Made by a program: the position numbers and the translations under genes | The notes under the pieces: generated by a model | The model's database searches: none | Seen by the model: the letters and a program-made list of their open reading frames with translations, nothing else | Told to the model about the DNA's origin: nothing | Assembly (NCBI GenBank): GCA_965285935.1 | Contig: OZ260666.1 | Coordinates: forward strand, 40,610,001 to 40,674,000 | Reading direction: 5' to 3' | DNA from: Ophelia neglecta | Lineage: Eukaryota | DNA length: 64,000 bases | In this document: positions 39,501 to 52,077 of the stretch, piece by piece | How the letters are laid out: each line of letters opens with the position of its first letter | Position numbering within the stretch: position 1 is the stretch's first letter

Positions 39501-42500
39501 CCCATTCTCTGCTAATGTGCTATTGTTTCATGCTGAACTTATGGAACATATTCACAGCTTAATCCTCTTATTGTCCACATCCATTCAGGCTTGATTGAAA
39601 TTACTGTAGTCTTCAACGTGTGTCAGGCATTAGCTATGCAAGCATGTGTGTTTAATAGCGGCAGAATTGGTTGGCCATTGTTCCCCTAGAACAATGTACA
39701 TTTGCATATACCTGGCCAGCGCAGGTTTACTTTTCGCTGCTATTGCTTCGGCATCCTCTCCGCACATTTCATATTGCTGAGAATATTAATTCTGAGTCAT
39801 GTGCGTAGTTATGGATGCCAATCGCGCACCGTTTGATTAAATGCTACCTCAATATGCTGTCCAGCAAGATTTGTATCAAATCGTCCATATGGGCGGGGGG
39901 TGATTTTCGAGCGATACCTGCACATGCTAATGCCATTCAGTTTCCAGGTGAATGCTTATCAAGTGCTTTGATCTTGGCCCTTATCAAGGGCTGGTAGCTT
40001 TGGCACAGGTAGCCATCAAAGATCCCTGCATTAGCATTAACTCCCAGTAAATCCTAGAAAACCATTGTCAAGGTGTTGGTTCTTCACTTATTTGATCACA
40101 GGCTTCCCGGCTGACCTAGGGTGAGGGTAGAAAATGCACTCCAATCTAAGTTACCCTTTCAAACTCCATGCTTTGAAGTCACCACTTGTGATTTAGGGAT
40201 TTCACCAATTTATTTGTAATTATTTCATCTTTATTAGAGCTGTATTTGTGTAGTTTCTCATTCAGTGGCACAGTTCACATTAACTCTATCAACCCAACCA
40301 TGTAGTAGTATTAGCGACTGTAGTTCTGGGTACTCAAAACACACATCTGTAAATATCAGCTCCCAGGGGTGTTTTTAGTTAGAGCCTTTCGCCCCATCTA
40401 TTGAGGTTTTTTGGTTAAAAGTGGCTGTTTTCTGCTGACTCGTGTCTGTTTGTAAATGTTTACTCGGAGGTTCTGTACCTGATAGTTCTCTGGAGCTTTT
40501 GATGGTCTTTGAGACATGAGACCAAGTCGGGCACAATGCTTCCACCTGACTAAGCAGCCTTATAAGCCCAAGCAATCAGACTAAGTTGTTTTCTACCGAC
40601 CCCTGATTCACCGACTGAGATATGACAAAGCTGTGACGTTTGAGTGCCGAGGCTTTTAGAGCTTCGCCCACTTTTCTCATAGCTTGCATGTTTGAATATC
40701 CTATTGTGTTTGGCAATAAAACGCGGGAAGTCTACCTTCCTGCTTTAACTCCGTAGTAATACTCTGCCATAACAATGGCCCAAATGGAGCTCTGTTTGTC
40801 TGCATCATACACAGTTTTGTAACCACCCTTCTTTTCACAGAGTAAGTATTGCGTTTGGTAGACTCACAAGTGTCTGTTTTCCCCCATTTACCTGCAGTGG
40901 TCGCTCTTTGTGGCTTTTCGGGCAGGTTCGGGCACGACCAGCAGCAGGAGCAAAGATGCAGGTAAAAACGGTGTGCCATGGAAGTGCTCTGACGAACACC
41001 ATTTCACTGGTGGCGACAACATTATGTGCTGTTGCCAAGAGTAGACCTTCATACATAATGGTTGGCAAACACTGCAGATATAGAATTTGCAGTGTCTCAA
41101 CATGGTAGCTGGTAAGGCTGTGTTTCAGTCTTGTGTGCTAATCCTGTGTTTTAGTTGTGTCCTTGCTGGAGTAAGATGTGGCTGGCTTTTCAATGTCTTC
41201 TAACGACCTCTGGTGTCACTTTGATCTGAAACAAGATCACACCGCCAACAAACTAGTCTCCTTCGTGTGGTGGTACCCCCCCCCCCCACGCACCCCTAGC
41301 AGGCACCTCTACCACCCTACTTGTCAACCAATCTGTATGCATTGAGCCTGCTCATAGATTATTACTGACAACACTAAAGCAATTATGATTATCAGATATT
41401 TATTCCATTTATTCTGACATGACAATAACAAACTGACTATGGTATCCAGTACGTGTTAAGACACAGTAAGAGACCCAATCCATGTCTTTCTTATTTAAGC
41501 TTAACATGCATAAATGGTAAAAACAAAAGAAACAAGAAGGGCCATAGACATTTATTGAATAATTTATACACAATTCTTGATATATTTAAGTTATTTATTG
41601 CAGTATGGGTTTTAAGAGTGAAAAAAAACCCTTGTCTTTGCTTATTTATTGATAATATTTTTATCTGGTACATGAACATCTGTATCATTTTATTATCTTT
41701 TTTTTAGTAGTAGACAGTGTACATCCCAGCCATCCTGCTCTTTATAGTCTAGCTCAGCAATATTACTGCCAGCAGTTCTGGTTAAAAATGGTGGCTAAAG
41801 ACAGTCCTTTTCCCCTCAGCAGTTAAATTAGAGAATTGTGTATTCAGTAATGTCTGTGGCTTGCCATTCAGCGAGGACTCGACCAACAGTCCGATGGTCT
41901 CAGTCTCGACAGTGGAGTGCTGCAAAGAAGACGCCCCAATTTGCCGGAACAATCAAGACCTATTGTTTGCTACAGAGGTCAGAAATGGCTCCGCAATTTG
42001 ATTTGGTCCTTTTGCTCCGCTGCGGCAGGCCGCAGAGAGCCGACTTTTTCTTGCCGTCTTTTTGATAAATGCTCATGGTGGTCACAGAAACTTAAGCAAT
42101 GTTGTGAGTTGAGTGCAGTGCGCTGGCAGGGATCACGTCACACGGCCGGAGTCAAGGGCCTGCTCACAAGATGGCAAATCTCGATGGCTAATTTCTGGTG
42201 GAGATGATCAAGCCCAGTGGTTAGGCCTGGCTTGAACAGGCCGAGAGATGTCATTTCCAGAAGGCAATCAGTGATCAGCTGGGTGATTCCCATTTCTGGT
42301 CAGCCATGGCAGCAATCATCAAATAAGTAAATGAGTCCAGAACCAAGTGGAACAATCATAGAACGAAGAAATCTGTATTACATGTATATACATCATACAT
42401 AATCATAATGATTTTCACCTTCGACGCCTAAATTTGGGCTTAATCTTCAAAGGCTAAAACTTAATGAAGTACAAGGGCAATATATTGTTGATGATTACAC

Positions 42501-45500
42501 CATTTGGTTTGACCAGAAGTAATGAGTCTCCTTGCCCTTTCCATCTATCAGCAGTTGGCAGAGCCATTACCAAAGCTCAGGTGTCTCTGGCTATCACAGA
42601 AATGGTTGACCTTTAGCTCACTCTCCGTGACCTTTGAACTAGGCTGCTTGAAATCCCAATTGGCTAGGATGAGGCTGGCAGGACAATAGATAGGGCCCGG
42701 GATGACTCTGTGGGGGGTCAGCAGGGGTCACTCCTGCCAGTTTACGATACTGCTCAGGCAGCACATCCCAGTAAGACAGGGTAATCCCAGGTGCATGCCG
42801 CTGTCCTTGCATGCTTAAGCAAGGCCAAGCTTAACGGGCCTATCCAATTACACAGGTAGTAATACGATCAGCAGGCTAGCATGGCCGGCCCTGTATGGCG
42901 CTGGCCCCTAAATTGGCCAATAATGTCCTGACTAACACGCCCATCTCGTGTCAAAAAGCCAAGAAAATATCCTGCAATAGGCTTCAGCGATATCTGTCAG
43001 TCTCTGTCTCAGCTGGAAGGGGTATACATTATAAACACAGGTTTCACCTGAAGGTATCTGGTGCTTGTGGGGCTATGAATAATTGCAGGCAATTCTGCTG
43101 GTCATTGAGAAGTCATGAAGACTAAACCTCAGGTCTGCCTTCTCAGCACACATTAGCATAGCCGCCCCGCCTTGATTAGCCTGTCTAACATTGTTTGACC
43201 AGTGTTTCTCATTTTGAGCCAATTATCAGAGAAGATTGCTAATTTGGCTAACTAGCAAACAAACTGCAGCAGTAGTTGTACAACTTTATGGCTCCATGTA
43301 TGGATGTACCTAACAAAATACTGCCGACTTTGACTTGCCATCATACAAGGATGTGATATTCAACTACTTGGCAGCTTTATTTTTACTGTGAAGAGGATCA
43401 AAATAAGTGAATTACTGCTGACGTGCCAGTTATTCAATTAGGATTGCAAATTGCAATGAGACTGCAACAATAGTAGAAGTTAGGCTGAAATAGAATGCTC
43501 AGTAATGGGACAGGCTTTTAGCATTTGACATGCATGCAATTGGCTGGTGGTGTTTGGTGATGCTAGGTGAAAGTGGTGTGGAATCCTAGTGACGCTCCTC
43601 CCTGCTCCTCAGTGTACAATGTAATCCATCGCTTAATGGGCTACGATAGCTGGGCAAATGAAAAGACAAGAGCTAAATATCACCGAAGTGTACGTTCAAG
43701 CTTGGCCGAGGCATCCCTGGTAATTGGCAGGCGCTTTAATTTTGTCGAGCTTTGTCCCTTATCAATTAATATCACAGGGGACCCAGAATGGCTCAGGTTT
43801 GCGGTGATATTGGCCTTTTTGCCGGGGAATGGTTCTAGCAAACAGCGCATGAATGATGCTAGATTGGGTTGGTAATAGTATAATAGGGACGTCAAAATGT
43901 TCCCTGATGGCCGAGCGATTTGTTGTAATGTGTGCGAAATACAAGAAGCCGCATCATGATTGCTGTGCTTTACGGACTGCCAGCGAAAGAGGCTGCATGA
44001 CGGAATTTTTCCTGATATACACTACTTAGGTGCCCGGCTGTCTGAAAACCATCGCCTGGTTCTTCGCTAATTGCAATCTGGCCAGCAATGTGCCGGCATT
44101 TACCACCGTGTACGGCCAGCCACCCCCTTGACTCGGATGCTCAAATCTACCATGCTGAATACTGACAAGCCTGACACAATATTGCTTAAGATATAAAAGC
44201 TGGGTTAGCTGTTGTGAAATTAGCATAAGCACTGTGAATCTTAATACTATTTTCTCATTTCGCTTCTTTCATGTCCATAAATCTACTTAGACCACATTCT
44301 GAAATGGCAGCCATTGCTTCTGCGGCTAAATTAGCTGTCTTAGAAAAGCAAAATAGTGCGCTCGAATGACATTAGTTTATCTTGCATGTGCCGACACGAC
44401 TGCGGCGAGTGCGTTCGTCTTTCAAACCGAGTCATTACCAGTGTGCACCTGGGGTTGATCTAAGGGCCGATATATAGGCACACCTTGCACACCACTAGCA
44501 ATGAGATGACCTGGATGATTAAATGACTAACCCTAAAAAACAGCCACAGTCAGTATGCTGATTCTGGCTGATATCTAGCCAAGGGAGGGTGAAATTTGAA
44601 TTTATGGCATGTTGTATTCAATTGTTTGGCATTCAACCTGGTCATTACGGCCATATCTCATTCATGTTTTCAAGCCGCCCTGCCCCCTGTCAGACAGGTG
44701 CATGTAATCCTCTCCAAGTGTGGCTGCCGCATTCTCCACTTTACAATTATTGCCTGAGCTCTGTACAGGTGATGAATTATAGACAATATACCAGTTAGGC
44801 TGCCGGTGTCAGTTCCGCATGGCTGACCAGACTGATGCAGCTCAGAGGGTTGGCTTCATCAGTGGCGAATAATAAACTGACGAGCTAGGTTTGGCGGAAT
44901 TCCACTGCTTTTCCTGGTCAAACATTGCTTAAATTTATCGCAATGCACCCAGGCACTTCTTAGCTCAGCCTTGTACTCTGCGTCAATTGAAGAAGTTACA
45001 TCAAACCTTTTCCAATACTGACAGACTGTAATAGTCCATTGAGAGTCAGGATGTATTGGAAATCCATATTCCGGGTGTTAAGTGTTATTGAAGGGCTTCC
45101 TGAATGTGGACGAGTAACCATCCGACTGTTGTAGTGGAAAAGTTAGAATTTCCTCACTACAAGAAGATACAGTTCCATGTGGGTCGTCCTCGTCTGTCCG
45201 CCGACTGTTGGGCCAGTGTTTTGTCTCTCTTCCTCCTTCGCTGGTGGTTTTCAAGTGGTATTTTATGTGTAAATCATACCCCTTCAAACGGCGCCTTAGC
45301 AAAACGAGAATCGATACAATGTCATTGATTGATACCCTTATCTGAACTTAGAGATATTTCATCGGAGAATCGGGTTACGTTTCACCGGGGTCACAGAAAC
45401 ATCTCTATCAATGTGTCTTGTATGAATGATGTCAACATTTCTCGTCTGCCATTTGGAAGTCATATTTTTCCTTTTGAAAGGCTACAAATATAGTATTTCA

Positions 45501-48500
45501 GTATTAGATTTTGTCATGTCTTCCAGTGTATTATTAGACAGACTTTATGTTTTTATTGGTAACAAGAGTAGTATTCAGTGCAATGAGAAGAGTAACATTT
45601 ATAAGTAAACTTGCATAATATTTAAATGTAGTGGATTTGAGCATGTTATAATATTGCTAAAGGCTGCTGCATATTTCAATATTACTCCACAGTTCATTGG
45701 GTTTCTTATCTCTCAAATGGAGACATTGGTCCTGCAAAACATGTCATCTGTTCAGCATTGCCGGCTCTGGTAATACCCAAGGCAATAGAATTGATGGCGC
45801 TTGGTTGTTGTCAATTGGTCAGCACAGCAGTCTCTCCCCTATCACTCCATCCATCTCAGCTAGGCCAAAGAAGGCTAGAGAAGCCACAATATTTAAAGCA
45901 GAACCCAAATGGTTAATTACACACTGCATGTCGAAATAGAAATGTAACGCGTTTCATTAATCAAGCCAACAAGGCTTGGGATTGGTCGAGGCTGTGATGC
46001 CGGGTGGATGGCCACCATCTTAATGACATTGATTGTGCCCTTTAGATATGAGTTATTTGCATATTTTAATGTTCTGTGTCATTTCCACTAGATGTCTCTG
46101 ACCATGTCTTGGGCACCCTGGTTTACTGCAAGGGAAGGAGATGATACATCGCCTCTGCAATAGACTGATTAATGGATTTCACATCCCCCCAGTGAGGGTA
46201 TTCCCTCGGAATCTCCCTCCAAATGATCCCACTGGTAGATCCCCGTCTTCATTAATTAGCTTTCACTGTACACATGTGTGGGCTCCTTCCTTTTGTCACT
46301 GCCGATTGAATGTAACTTGGCAAATCGTATTAGGCCTGTTTGTAACTATTAATAACATTTGGGCATACCGCTAGCCCCACAGTCTTATAAAACCATTTAT
46401 AGCCATTCCCCGTCACAGTATACATGAGGCTTTTTATTGGTAATCACCAGCTTTTACAATTGCAATGGACGTAGCGGTTTTCGTTTTCTATTTAGTTGAT
46501 CTGATGCTAGGAAAGCATGGTCTCTATTGTTGGTGAGATGACAATATTTCACCGAGCTTTTGACAGGGCCTATTTTATCCTTGTAATAGAGGAGACGGGC
46601 TATAAAATAGCGATCTAAGGCGAATCTCCACTGCCGATGTCCATATTAAGCCGGAGATATTAATATCGTTCTTTGTTATGGATGAGCTATTTAGGCGTCT
46701 TATTGTGAGTGCATTTGGTATTGCCGGCAAAGGAGATTTTCAGTTTGGAAGCCTTGCCTGTAGGAGAGAAGGCAGTAAAACTTGGCTTTGTGGTCCACAG
46801 GAGAACGGAGGGTCTATCACATATCAGATAGACATCAGCTCAGTAGAAGATAGCGTTTCTCCTTCTTTGGGGTTCTGACCCTGCCCTTCTGCATAGCCAA
46901 TCAGACGGCCACACATGGTATTCCCGGGTGTCAAATACACTAGGTATAAATGAGCAGAGGGAGGAATATGGCTTGCTGGTTTCATCTTGTAGCTGTGACA
47001 CATCAGCTCTGGCTGTGATAACTGATAGTCGGTTGGTAGGGGTATAGTGCTGTCTGACTGTGTGGCCGAGAGTTCTCCCCCTAACCCCGATAGTCACTGA
47101 CAAACGAGATGCAGCACAGCCCCCAGACATTACCAGGATTGGTAGAAGGCCTCCTTTATGGAGCACTGGACATGCCAGAAATCTGACGGATTTGTGCGTT
47201 TGCTCTGACACCTCATCCCGCCCTCTACGCCTTGGCCCGCTTTCCCAGAATTCTCCCCAAATGCCAGCCAGCCATATTTATTAACAAGCCAAGCCCGTAT
47301 TTTGATCAAATGAAAGTTACCGTATATGCAGTGTGTATAATGCAGGAGCCACAGTGTATATATTGTTGGCACAAGTATGTGTGTTTGGCCATGAACTTGG
47401 AAATGATTTGAAGAGTGAAGATTCCACTACTACAGGGAAGGAGGTATAAAACTGGCAGTCACCAAGTACAAATATTGAAATAGGGTGACAAGTAGGCTTT
47501 TGGGAATAGTGAAAAAGGTGTAAAAATTTACTGGCAGTTGACCTGGGGTTTAGCGCCCGTAAAACACGCCGATGTCTATTGATGTCTGATCTAATATAAC
47601 GTGCGCTTCTCACCGCCACTTTGTTTACGCGGCTCCCTAATTGATTTCAGGATATTCTGATACATTTATATGTATTGATCAGTTAATTTTGACACATGTT
47701 ATATTGATCACCAATTTTAACAATTGTCTGAGTAGCATTTTCCTGGTTAGTAGGTGCGTCCTGATTACGGAGCTATTGTATTGAGAAATTGATAATTTCC
47801 TCTTCAAGAACTCTTTATCAAACAGTATAAGAAAGCTCTACAAATCCACAGCATTCTCTCACTGTGGAAAGTGTGTTAGAAGCAGGACATATTCACTGGA
47901 AAATGAGAATATTTTTGAATATATATGGTGTTATATATGGTACAAAGCATGCATTTAAATGATTCCTAAGTAGGGGCCATGCTGCTTCAGTTACCAAGTC
48001 TTACAAGCACATAACAAAGTAGCTATGAAGCAGACAAATTTTGTTATTGATATAAGATAACTCCTGAGATTATAGGCCATGAAAGAGAGCAATACCGTTT
48101 GCCTTTGATAAGATGGTTGCTTCCTTTGACGCCCCTTTCTCTGGGTGACCTGCAGGGACTTGCCTACCAGTTCGCACACCAAAGCAATAAATTTGAAGAA
48201 TTGGTCCGCACAACTTCTGAAAGAAACTTTAGAAAGACATGTATGACCTTTTATGGAGGATGAAAGACCTTTTGTGTTGGGTGACATACTTAGTAATTGA
48301 AGACATAGCATGTCTGCATTAATAATTAGGGTTATCGTTTGACAGTTTATGGTAATTTTATACTACACATTTTAGTAATATTGGGAGCTTGCTGCCTGCT
48401 GTGCCTGGCTGATGACCTATTGAGGACTGCCTATTATGTGCAGTGGCTAGGTCCACTCAGCCTGTAGTGCCAGCCATCAAACTAATGTTAGTCCAATCCA

Positions 48501-50255
48501 CACAGGCAGGGGATGATAAAAACAATAAACCTCTCGAGGGGTCGCCCTTATCTTGACCGTTACGGCCTCGGCACACGCCAGACGGCAGCTGGTAGTAGTG
48601 GTAGTGGGTCAGTGGGAGGATCAGCCATTGTTTGCTGGTCTACTTAGCTGGGGGATGCGAAAAGTGATTAGACAAGTGGGGGTGTGTTAGTGATTAATGA
48701 ATTAGCCACTGAGCTCTACTGATTAGGCCTGCTATCGTAATGTGTAGGAATATTACTGAAAATACTTCCTTATAAGGCCAGTAAACAAATACTATCTACA
48801 TTGAATACCGTGATGACATTATGTAGTTATGTTGCCATAAACAAACAACCACTGGTAAATTCTGTTATGGTTATATCAGCTATAGCTTCATTTTGTTTTG
48901 TAAACTTGGGAATAATTTGACAAATATGATGGTTGTATAAACAGGCCTAGTCCGCCTGCAATGATTACTGATGAAGGAACTCATTGCAGCTCGTTACACT
49001 GCCGATTGTATCATCTGGCTCAGAATGAAATTATCATTGATAACCCTGTGGGTGTGAAAAAAGCTCGGCAGAATTGGATTAGTGTCAGAACAGCAGATAA
49101 CAAGGGCTATTGGTAAAGAGGCTAGGGATCAGGCCTATAAACTGATATTATGTGCAGGGCCTACCCACCGGCACTCTCAGCTGAGAGAATATAAACAGGC
49201 CAAAAACCTACCTGCTGTGCAGATAAATACATGGCTAATTTACAGCCCTAAGTAGTGTAGACAGGGGAGGTGTCTCCAGGCTTTGATAGCTCTGTTTGTT
49301 CTTGCAGGCTTGCATGATGAGTAATGAGACGCTATGGTACAGAATACTGTTATAGGGGGGACAATCCTCACCCAAAGGTCTATAATCACATTAATGCATG
49401 GAATTTTCTGGTTTGTTAGAGGCGTTCAGTCCTCTTTACATGTTTGAACAGAGGTTCTCGGCAGGTTTGCTCCATTTTACTGTGTTCTGATTTAAAGTGC
49501 CAATTTTTTGTGTGCAGTTTTGTGCAGTATGAGGGTAACAGGGTACCAAATAGATTTTTCTGAAGCAGTTTGATTATGGAATTAGTATTTTAGTAATATT
49601 TGATTGTACTATTGGCCTGAACAATTCCATTATTTAGTTGTTTGGCCGAACATTGCTGATTTGCAATGCTCTGATGACTGAACCCTGTTCCCAGAGAGCA
49701 AGTTATCAACGCCGGGAGTACAGGGAATGTGGTAATCCGGGCATTCTAGCCTGGCAGATACGTTCCCGGGTGATTCGCCCATTTATCAGTAAGCAATCAA
49801 GGGAGCTTGTACACCCACCACGATCAGAAGTGGCAGAGGGTTAACTCAGCTAATATAGTTGGAATGAGAATAAATGGCGAGCGGCTTTGCTCTCTATTTG
49901 GCCTATGAATGGCCAATGAGCCCACCATGTTGGCCTTCTCATCTGATACAGGCCTCGTACAGATTTCTGGAGGTCATGTGCCCACAGCCATAGCCTAGGC
50001 CCTCCCTACCACTCTTGCTTATTTCTCTTAGCCCCCATTTGTTTGCTGCTATAATAGCCATGTCCATCCCATATTAGTCAAATAGTTAAGAATGGTCAAA
50101 AAATAATGCCAAAAGAATTTAGCGAGCAATAGGAAGTGGCACATTGCGAGAAAGGCTGTCAAGTCCAATTACAGCGGGTTGATGTAAAGGGCTGGGAGGT
50201 TAGCGGGAGGTTAGCGGGAGGGTCAGGAGGCTCAATAGGAGGGTGGGAAGCCTCG

Positions 50256-50297
50256 CCGGCAGACTCCACAGCCCCACCGGCAGACTCCACAGCCCCA
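50256..50297. repeat. Perfect 21-bp tandem duplication (ccggcagactccacagcccca x2)
   Basis: Read directly. An 11-bp duplication (ggaggttagcg x2) lies just upstream near 50195. Confidence 0.9.
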
Positions 50298-52014
50298 CTG
50301 TGCCTCTGCCTCCCCTGGCCCCCATACATAGCTAATGGAGTATCCCCATGACCCTCGTCTGCTCGGTCTCAACATGCCATAACTGTTAGATGGGAGGCTG
50401 CTCATAACAGATCTCCGCGGTTTGTAAACAAACTGCCCGAGTACAATATGAATACCTACGACATGCCTATAAAAACAGACTCAATATATATGTAAGCATG
50501 CCTCAAAATTGATTGAATGATAAAGCCTTCATAATTTATCTGAAAAAGGGTGATATTTATCTGCTAATTAAACCATACATAAAAGAAATGAATATCACCT
50601 GTAATGGAATTAGATTTTGTGGACTGGAGTATAGCTGGCGGTGTTTGCTGAGATGACCCCCATTTTGTGTGTTGTCCCTTCATAGGGACAAAGGCTCTCC
50701 TACAGGCTTGTCCGCACCCTCTACTCCTCAAATACAATTGTACATAGTGCACTGCCGAGAGGTGCCTATTTGGTGAGACTGTGTTGGAGAGGGAGGGCTG
50801 GAGAGGGGACTAAGTGCTCAGCATACATTGTTAATGCAGACCCCCTTCCAAGACATGTGTTACATTCATAACACAGTCATGTCACTGCATTCATTTGATA
50901 AATGGCAAATTTGTAGGATTCAGACCTAATCCTGATTATACATGGCATAAATAGAATAGTGGAGAGGGAGTGCTGAGCATAGGAGCTAGAATGTTGCTCC
51001 CCTTTAAGTGTAAACAACCAACTTCTGGAGGGTAAAATATATTCATTACTACATGACAGTTATGGATAGGCCCTTTTCCAGTCATGTTGCATTTTCATCA
51101 ACAGTTCAGTCTTCAGCCTATCCCCCAATCCTTACAGAAAACCAACCAATATATTTCCAATAGTTGTAAAATACTGCCATTTTATTGAATCGGATCGGTG
51201 TCCGTAACAAGTCATTAAAATTGGTCCCTCAAATTTGCGTATAAAGCTCTTCTAGTTAAATCCCCTGTTTCTCCATTTAAAAGTCCCTGCAAGGCCGACA
51301 TCTGACAAAGCATTGGGAAACCACATCAGCTGTGTCATTTCTTTTTGCAGTGTGTCATGCAATCAAGAATATTTCTCTCAATTCACTGAGCTCTTGTGAA
51401 AGATGAAATTGCTTGGCTCCACTGTGCAACACCCCAGCGTCTCGGTTATCCTTGCCTGCCTTGCCCTTTGGGCACACCAATTTACGCAGAACAATATATG
51501 AAATTTATGAAATCATCAGTAGATACACCAGCTGCCGGCCCTATTAAAATTCATTCTCTACTAGTTGCATCATTGGATGTAATGTCACTGATTACCAATG
51601 AGGCCATAATGTATAAAATGTGTGTCAAATAAAAAATGTTTAATTCGTACAATCAGCCAAAGCTGTTTCCCAATTGATACACCCCGGCACACCTTTTCTT
51701 CTTGATAAATATGATTTCTGTGCATGTCATAAGTTTCTGGTACATGCCTGCTAGTTTAAATAATTGATTATGCACCTACACATGCTTTAATAATCTCCAG
51801 TGCCTAAATTACTTTTTTTTTGATAATGCTTAGAATCCCTTATTGAGTAGTTACAAATGTTCAGGCTGAGACAATAAACAAGATCTGCTGAAGTACAAAC
51901 ACAAGTTTTTATTATGAAACAGCAAACATAATCATGTGCTTGGTGCCTATTTTATGTGATTTTTGAATCTCTCTTAAGTTACCAAAAATATGTAAGTATA
52001 AATGAGTAGCCCAA

Positions 52015-52077
52015 GTAAGATTGTAAGCAGCATTGTAAGATTGTAAGCAGCATTGTAAGATTGTAAACAGCATTGTA
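52015..52077. repeat. Minisatellite, 20-bp unit x3 (gtaagattgtaagcagcatt)
   Basis: Read directly; one mismatch in the third copy. Confidence 0.95.

Noticed and set aside
52015-52077. CRISPR-like array
   Set aside because: Head-to-tail minisatellite with no unique spacers, no cas genes, and a eukaryotic context.
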